Below, piece after piece: positions 32,923-40,016 of a stretch of DNA of 64,000 nt (positions within the stretch are counted from its first letter, which is position 1; each line of letters opens with the position of its first letter). Source of the DNA: Pelagomonas calceolata (lineage: Eukaryota); NCBI GenBank assembly GCA_918797485.1, contig CAKKNE010000002.1, positions 1,736,001 to 1,800,000 of the forward strand, given 5' to 3'. The position numbers were made by a program, and so were the translations under genes. The notes under the pieces were generated by a model. It was not told the DNA's origin, did not search any database, and saw only the letters and a program-made list of their open reading frames with translations.

Positions 32923-34413
32923 ATGCGAGGCCTCCTCCTCGCAGTCCTCCTCACGACAACAACCGCCGCAACGGAAACGCTCTTCGACCTCTTCGGCATC
33001 AGCCAGGTCGAACTCCCGGGCCTCGACGACTCGCAACTCAAAAAGCTCTACAAGCGGCGCGCGCTGGAGCTCCACCCCGACAAGAGCGACCACCCCGACG
33101 CCGAGGATCGGTTTAGGAGGTTGCAAGAAGCCTACGAAGGTTTGAAGGACCCCTCGACGCGGTCTTACTTCGCGAGATTTGGCCAGTACGATGTTTGGAG
33201 GAATGTGAAAGAATATGCGGACGAGAAACTCCACCATACGAGGAGAGGCTGGGTCCGCACGAGGAGAGGCGTGCAGATGGCGTCGGAGCGCGTCGACATC
33301 CGGGACGAGTTCGTCCGAGGCGACGGGCGGGTACTACCCCTCCATAAAGATTACTACGACCGAGCCTTTGGTTTTGATGGAGTCACCGTGCTCCTCGTGG
33401 CGGACCACGACGAACCCCACGTGACCCAAAAACCGGCGAACGCGCTCCGGGCCTTCGCGTCGCGGGTGACCAGCAACCAAATCCGGGTCGCTTCCTTAAA
33501 TGCGGCGGCGCTGGGCAACGGCGACTTGGCCATGAACCTCTGGGATGCGTTCGACATGCGGCGCGGCGCGGCGCTCTGCGTCGTCGTGCCGCCTTTCTCG
33601 AAGCCGACCAGCGGCGTCCGCGTGCCCTGCGACCCCTCGGCGTCGTTACCTCTACGTTTATCAAGGGTGGCCAAGTGGCTCAAGGACGACACGCTGGAGG
33701 CCGTCGCTTTTGCTGATGGCGGCTACTGCCTCTCCGACGCGGTGTCGAAGACCTGCAAACGCGTCGAGGGGCCTAGAGCCGCGCTCGTGGTGTCGACGCA
33801 TTCACCTGCATTGTCAAAGGCCGCGCGAAACGCGCGTTTGAAATTTAGACCCTTCGCCGAGGTCGTTATGATTAAATGTGACAAAGACTGCGCGAACACG
33901 CCTCGACTGCGCGTCGATATTGATGATAAATCCGTGGACCTGCCCTTAAACGACAAGCACCAGGCCGACGACGAGCGCCTGGCGGTGACCTTCACGCACC
34001 TGCTCGACGGGTTGCTGCACGGGCTGATCCCGCAAGAGAGGGCGCCGTCGTCCCTGGTCGTGGGAGGCCTCGGCGACCTCGAGGGCAATTGCAAATTACC
34101 GGGCCTCGACGGCCGCTTCGCGTTCGACGGCTATAGATTAGGCAGGCCGTCGTGGCGCAAGCGCAACGTGTACCTGCGGTGGCAGCCCGCGGCCTCCCGG
34201 AGCCGCGGCGTCGGCGCATGGTTGTTAACAGATATGGCCGACGAAGATAGAGCGTGGGGCTTCCTCGAGATCGATACGCTGACGCCGCTCGACGCCGCGG
34301 CGGCGTGCTGGACCTTCTACTGCCGGGGCCGGGCCGTCGAGTGGGAGTGCTCGCCCCACGTCAGTGTCGTGAACGGCGAGACGCCGGCGCCGAACCCGTC
34401 AAACTCTGTGTAA
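32923..34413 (+). CDS. Secretory-pathway DnaJ-domain protein
   Basis: Signal peptide, then J-domain LKKLYKRRALELHPDK...FRRLQEAYEGLKDP. Confidence 0.8.
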   Translation: MRGLLLAVLLTTTTAATETLFDLFGISQVELPGLDDSQLKKLYKRRALELHPDKSDHPDAEDRFRRLQEAYEGLKDPSTRSYFARFGQYDVWRNVKEYADEKLHHTRRGWVRTRRGVQMASERVDIRDEFVRGDGRVLPLHKDYYDRAFGFDGVTVLLVADHDEPHVTQKPANALRAFASRVTSNQIRVASLNAAALGNGDLAMNLWDAFDMRRGAALCVVVPPFSKPTSGVRVPCDPSASLPLRLSRVAKWLKDDTLEAVAFADGGYCLSDAVSKTCKRVEGPRAALVVSTHSPALSKAARNARLKFRPFAEVVMIKCDKDCANTPRLRVDIDDKSVDLPLNDKHQADDERLAVTFTHLLDGLLHGLIPQERAPSSLVVGGLGDLEGNCKLPGLDGRFAFDGYRLGRPSWRKRNVYLRWQPAASRSRGVGAWLLTDMADEDRAWGFLEIDTLTPLDAAAACWTFYCRGRAVEWECSPHVSVVNGETPAPNPSNSV

Positions 34414-34417
34414 GTGA

Positions 34418-35634
34418 CTATGTTAATTCTTCTAGCAGCTCCGGGAAGGTCGACCGTTTCTCTGGGTCCGGCGCGAGCATGCGCTTTATCATAGCTCGAA
34501 GCGCGTCGGCGGCCGCCTTCGACGCGGAGAGCGCGGCGACGCGCGGCAGGAGCCACTCCCGGGCCGCCGCGTCCCAGACGTGCACCCTGCCGTCGAAGGC
34601 GCCGCACCTATTGGAGATACATCGGGACAACTCCGGCGCGCCAGTAAAATTGCCGGCGCAGCGCGTGTGCTGGTCGACGTCGCAGGCGTGCCACCAGTAG
34701 GTCCGCGACGAGCAGCCCCGCTCACAAACTTCGCCGCCGCGCCCCGGCCGGAAGTCTCGCAATAGCGTGTCGAGGTAGGGATTTTCGCGGCGCCGCTCCA
34801 GGCCCTCCGGGTGGCCCGTTCTCAACAAAGGGTCGTCCGCCGCGTAGCTGTCGCGCAGAAAGTCGACCAATAGACCGGTGTTCGGCGACGGCCCGTCGAC
34901 GAGAAAGATGTCCTCGCCTGTGTGAAATCAAATCTCAGTTCGAGGCTGACGAGTAAAATGTCACACAGGCGATCGCCGTCGAACGCGAACTGGTCGATCT
35001 TGAAGTCGGTGAGCACGAAGCCGCCCTCCACGATTGACTGAAAACAGCGGAACCAGGCCCTCGCTATGTCCAGAGGGCGGTCGCGGCACGCCTGTTGATA
35101 CGCGTCGCTCAGCGTGGACAACCTTCCGGCGCGGTCCTTGCCCTGGCCGACGATCTCGCCGGCGTGCTGCACGACCCAGACCAGCCCATGCTCCGTGCGC
35201 CAGCCGCCGTACAGCTCGGGCACGCCCGGCTCGCCCCGGAGCACTTCCAAGTACAGAATTTCGAAGAGCACCGCGGCGCGCGACCGCAGGTCCTGGCCGT
35301 GGCGCGTGTGGCCCTCGTTGAGGGCCTTGACGACGACGTCGTAGGTCTCTCCTCTATACGCGAAGGCCGACGCGTTGACTTCCTTCTGCCAGTGGCCGGC
35401 GATGCGTCGCGAGTCGGCGAACGCTCGCGGCGGCACCCACCACATGCTCGTCGCCGGCACGCCGGGCCGCACGCGCCAGAACTTGGGCGCCGGGCCGCCG
35501 TGGAACCAGTCGTTCACCGCCTTCAGGCGCGCGAGCGGCGGCGTCCACTTTTGTTGGGCGCGGACGTAGTCGAAGCGCGGCGGCGTTGCGGCGCGCGCCG
35601 CGGCGGCGACGACGAGTAGAGCTTGGATGCTCAT
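34418..35634 (-). CDS. Secreted atypical kinase-like protein (PKDCC/FAM69-like); GC-AG intron 34918-34976
   Basis: Signal peptide, VVVK, EILYLEVLRGEPGVPELYG and TDFKIDQF. After splicing: IFLVDGP, a Cys-rich segment and MLAPDPEKRSTF. Confidence 0.65.
34918..34976 (-). mobile_element. Introner-like GC-AG intron with a 12-bp terminal inverted repeat
   Basis: TCGCCTGTGTGA (34914-34925) and TCACACAGGCGA (34961-34972) are perfect inverted repeats. GGCGA is duplicated at both junctions, and splicing joins two ORFs in phase 1. Confidence 0.6.
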
Positions 35635-35902
35635 CCGTGCGGCCGCCGCCGTCCGCTGACGAGCCGTGCCGGTCCCGTCGCGCCGCTTAGCTTAGAGTCA
35701 CTAAAAAAGTGCTTGACTGCTCTCTCTTGAAACTGCTCTAATCGATCCCGTTTCTCTCTTGGCCGACTTTTGGACCACTGATGCGTGATCGAGCGAGGTT
35801 ACTGAGACCACGCGGCCGCGTCTTGCGCGATTGCGAGCGGCTAAATTGTCCCTTGTGGTATCAGTCTATATCACTCTCAGGAGCAGCAATCAACTGGGAT
35901 CA

Positions 35903-36538
35903 ATGAAGCCTCTCAGGGCGCTGGCGGCGCTCGCGTACCTGGCGCTCGCGACGGTGACCTGGTCCTCATTTATCGCACTGATGGTCCGCATGCGCGCGCG
36001 CCGACACAAACGACCTGAATATTGGCCAAGTAATGAGCCTTGGCCAGCACCAGACGGTCCAATCAACGGGCACACGGATTCAAAACCCCCGACGTACGTG
36101 CTATGGTCCGGAAGGTGTGTGCACGGAACGACGCGTTTGGATGATTTCGACGACGGCGCTTTACTGAGCAAGCCCGAGAAGTGGAACCATTATACGTTGG
36201 GGAAGGGTGACACGTCGCACTACGCGGTCTTGGGCGTCGCGCGCGACGCGACGGCCCAACAGATCAAACGAGCCTATAGGGAAAAAACCAAGACGTGCCA
36301 TCCCGACGTCGACCCGTCCGACGAGGGACGTGCCCACTTCCATCAGGTGACATTCGCCTACGAAACGCTAAGAGATGATAGGAACGCCTACGACGGCGCC
36401 TTGCAAGTCAAAGAACTACAATGGTTCTGTTCCATGCTTCGACGTCTTAACCCGGGGTTGTGCGAATCCAACTGGGTCTTGGCAAGTTGGTTGGCCAAGT
36501 TACGGCGCACCAGGAAATACTCGATTATTGGTCTGTAG
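35903..36538 (+). CDS. DnaJ-domain protein with N-terminal TM segment
   Basis: HYAVLGV...IKRAYREKTKTCHPD...VTFAYETLRD. Confidence 0.8.
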   Translation: MKPLRALAALAYLALATVTWSSFIALMVRMRARRHKRPEYWPSNEPWPAPDGPINGHTDSKPPTYVLWSGRCVHGTTRLDDFDDGALLSKPEKWNHYTLGKGDTSHYAVLGVARDATAQQIKRAYREKTKTCHPDVDPSDEGRAHFHQVTFAYETLRDDRNAYDGALQVKELQWFCSMLRRLNPGLCESNWVLASWLAKLRRTRKYSIIGL

Positions 36539-36875
36539 GGCTCCAACGGCGCCAGCAATTCAAACCGCGACGGCGCCGCCGCGCGCCGCCGACCGACGCG
36601 CGCTTCTACGACCGCCTGCCAGCCAACGTCCCCGCCCGCGAGGGATAGCTGCTTCCCACCCCCATCCATCCCCTAGACCCCAAAACCCGAGAACTATGCT
36701 AGCAGCTCGTAAGATACTAGCCAAATCTGAGTTTTTTTGAGCTCGAGCGCCCGCGCCGCGCCCGCGCGAACGCAATAAACCGCAGCCCGTGACACACGAG
36801 CATCGCATTCCTGCGAAGGGGGGCTGACACACGAGCATCGCATCCCTGGGCCGGGGGCTGCCCCAAGCAAAAACG

Positions 36876-38879
36876 ATGGCCACAACACAACAGAAACACA
36901 ACCAAGAGCACCAGCTCCAGTGCGAGCGCGACTCAAAACGATGGGCCGCCTGGATCAACAGCCGCCTGCGCAAGGCTATTAAGCGCGGCGACCTCGCACC
37001 CTTGGAAGGAGCAGACTTCGCGGAGCGACTGCGGAGCGGCGTCGTCTTGTGGCGGCTGCTCGGCACGTGCGCCGACGATTTGCCGCAGACGCCGCGCGGG
37101 CTCCGCCTGACGCGGCCGCTGTCGCGGATCGAGTGTTTGGACAACTTGGCGTTTGTGTTCAAGGCACTCGACAGGATAGGAGTGGACCACACGGGCATCG
37201 GGCCGCTCGACGTCGCCGACGCTAGGTTGGAGCTAGTACTGGGTTTAGTGTGGAGCCTGATGGCCCACGTCGCTTCGAGAGAACGGGACAACGTCTTCAA
37301 GTGGGCCGCCATCACGCACGCGAAGGCTGATGTCGTTGTACCACATACAATAAGGAAGATCGACGCGGCCGCGTCCGACGCCTTACCGGCTTCAAATGAT
37401 GCAAGACGGGACCTCGCGGACGCACTCACGTACGCGGAGCGACGCTTCGGCGTGGCGCCCCTCTTCGACGCCGACGAGCCCTCTGTGGATGAGCGGTGCG
37501 TCGTGGCCTACCTCGCGGAATTGAGAAGGAAGGTCATCGACCCCTCGCCGCCGCCCTCTCCCATTAAACAACGGGAGGCGCCCTGGCTCGCGACCTTAAA
37601 GGCGTGGCGCGACCGCGCAGCATCAAAGACAAACGGCGAGGGCCGCGCCTGGGCGGCAGCTTTACATGACGCGCTCGACTTGTGCGACGCCCCTCCTTCC
37701 AAAGCTTGGGACGCGTTAAGGGCGGACGCCGACACATTATCGAGGCGAAGCGCGGCGGAGGATGATAGTGAGGCGGCCGCGCTCGCCGCCGGGAAAGCGA
37801 TGGGCGCGGCCGAGGGCCGCGCCGAGGCACGAGCGGCACAAGCTGTCTCCAGAGCCATCGAGGGCAAGGAGGCCGCCGCGGCGCGCATGAACGTGCAGGC
37901 GCGCGCGGCGCTCAAGGCCGCGACAAAAGCGGACGCCGCGGCGGCGGCTGTTGTCGCCGAGGCCGCGGCGAGGCTACAAGACGTCGAAGAGAAGCGCCGC
38001 GCGGCCTTCGAGGAGGGGTGCCGGACGGCCCTGAAAGATGCCGCCGCCACGAACGCTTCGACAATAGTCGACGCGGACGCCACGCTCGCCGCGGCGACGG
38101 CGGCGACGGCGCACGCTGTCGCAAAGGCGCGACAAGACGCCGACGCCCAGCACGCGGCGGCCAAGCGCAGCGCCATCGAAGAGCAGGTCAAGCGCCTCGG
38201 CGAGCGCCACGGTCATGCGATTAGAGCCCTGCAGGAGCACGCCGAGGCCGCCATCGTCGAAGCTCAAGCCGCGGCGAAGACTGAAACCGTCATCGAGGCG
38301 CAGATTGACAATCTACAAGCGGCCTTCGACCCGGAGACGGCCTTCCAAGCATTGAGTGCGACGCTCGAGTTCGTCAGGGGCCACGCCGTGTCGCTGCATA
38401 GACGGGACGCGGGCAAACTTATTAGAGCGGTCGACGCGGCCTACGACCGGGATCAGAGACTAGCGCTCGTCAAGAAGGCGCATTTAAAAATCAAGGAGGT
38501 CGTGGTCCGGTTGACGCGGACGGAATTTCAGAGAGAGGCGCGGTGGACGCCGCGGCCCTCCGACGACGAGCTTGCGCGTTTGATCGAGCCCCACGAGCGA
38601 GCTCTATTATTATCACATCTGCGGAATTTTGTGGTGGCCTTTGATAACATGCCGGCGGCGGAGCGGCAGACGCTGTCGACGATGCGCGAGGTCGTCGTGA
38701 ATTTAGATTGGCTCTGCGCGCTGGCGAAGCTGGGCGTCGCAAGCGACCGGCGGCGGCGCTCGTCGCAAGGGTCGCCGTCCGCGGCTCCTCCCGACGCTTC
38801 TCCTCGGCGGCGTGCCGATTGGGCTGCGACGCCGCCGCGGCCGCCGATGCCCCTGGCGCTGTCGGCGGACGAGCGGTAA
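36876..38879 (+). CDS. Calponin-homology (actinin/filamin-type) domain protein with coiled coil
   Basis: WAAWINSRL, LRSGVVLWRLL, IGPLDVADARLELVLGLVWSL, and a second CH-like AERRFGVAPLFD...DERCVVAYL. Confidence 0.75.
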   Translation: MATTQQKHNQEHQLQCERDSKRWAAWINSRLRKAIKRGDLAPLEGADFAERLRSGVVLWRLLGTCADDLPQTPRGLRLTRPLSRIECLDNLAFVFKALDRIGVDHTGIGPLDVADARLELVLGLVWSLMAHVASRERDNVFKWAAITHAKADVVVPHTIRKIDAAASDALPASNDARRDLADALTYAERRFGVAPLFDADEPSVDERCVVAYLAELRRKVIDPSPPPSPIKQREAPWLATLKAWRDRAASKTNGEGRAWAAALHDALDLCDAPPSKAWDALRADADTLSRRSAAEDDSEAAALAAGKAMGAAEGRAEARAAQAVSRAIEGKEAAAARMNVQARAALKAATKADAAAAAVVAEAAARLQDVEEKRRAAFEEGCRTALKDAAATNASTIVDADATLAAATAATAHAVAKARQDADAQHAAAKRSAIEEQVKRLGERHGHAIRALQEHAEAAIVEAQAAAKTETVIEAQIDNLQAAFDPETAFQALSATLEFVRGHAVSLHRRDAGKLIRAVDAAYDRDQRLALVKKAHLKIKEVVVRLTRTEFQREARWTPRPSDDELARLIEPHERALLLSHLRNFVVAFDNMPAAERQTLSTMREVVVNLDWLCALAKLGVASDRRRRSSQGSPSAAPPDASPRRRADWAATPPRPPMPLALSADER

Positions 38880-40016
38880 GTTTCTGTTTGTTGTTGTTCT
38901 TTTTCTTCGGTGCTTTGCGATTTGTGGTGCTCCCGTCGCGTTCGTCCGCGAGTGTCGGAGGTGTCTTGCGATCGCTCGGAGGCGTCGAGGACGGTTCCAT
39001 GGACGGGTCTTGTGTTTGCCTTGCGTCCTTTCGTGGGCCGCCTTGCGCATAACTTGCCTGAGGAGAGCGCTCTATGGGGCTTTTGTTGTCTCGTAAGCGC
39101 GACGTCATCGACGAGAGTACTTGCTTGGCGTTTCAAATAGCCTTCATAAACGTGACAAGTCGACTTCGCAAGCAATCGTTGATAACGCTTACTCTACAAA
39201 TAGTTACACAGAGCACTGTCATCTCCCCGGCGGGACCGTCGCCGACCAACGGCCCACGTTCCGCCCCCCTCAGTTTTGCGCTTTTGGATGTAAGTGCTAT
39301 GTTAATAATATGAGTGCACCATGCACCAGCCCGACTCGCGGCGATGGCGTGCTGATTTATGACTCCGAGATTCGCGGACGGGCCACGGACGCGAGCAGCC
39401 AAGGGGCCCTACTCACGACGAAGCGCCACCAGAGGCCTCCAGCTCCCCGTAAAGAAGCTCCCCCGACGCGTGCGTGGCGTTTGGACGAAAAACCTCGGGT
39501 CAGGCCGGTTGCTTCAGGCCAAAGACTTCACCCAGCCATCGCTGTCAAAACAGCTCGATTTAGGCACCGCGCAGCGTACCACCGACAGACACACTTCGCC
39601 ATCTTGCCGTCTGACACGGGGCCTTGGCCGCTGCCAGATTGTTTCGCAGCGCTGCGCCCCTCCGCGCGCGCAAACACAAAAGCAACCACACTCGCTGAAG
39701 AGTTGCCGCAGCGATGCAACGCCGCGCGCGCGCGCCCCACACATCGCCCGCGCGCGCTGCGGCAACGCCGCGGCGCGCGCTGCGGCAAGCAAAAGCGCGT
39801 AAACCCACAACTTCACCACGAGCGCTTCAACCGACTCACACGACAAAACCGCGCAGGCCCTCTTCCGCACGAAGCAGGGCAACCACGTCCAAGCTGAGAC
39901 GATAGCACCACATCCTACACCGCGCGCGGGAGTACCACGGTACTCTCTGAGAAGCAGCGCCAAGACCCGGACCACGGTAATTCGTGCGGCGGGGAGCGTG
40001 TAGTTTATCAACAACG

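Noticed and set aside
36790..36848. 24-bp direct repeat TGACACACGAGCATCGCAT(T/C)CCTG upstream of the CH-domain gene
   Set aside because: Real, but only two copies with no evidence of function; probably a local duplication.
38880..40016. ORFs 39121-39897 and 38491-39175 in the gap upstream of the transporter
   Set aside because: No domain signal and non-coding-like composition; more likely UTR or promoter sequence.
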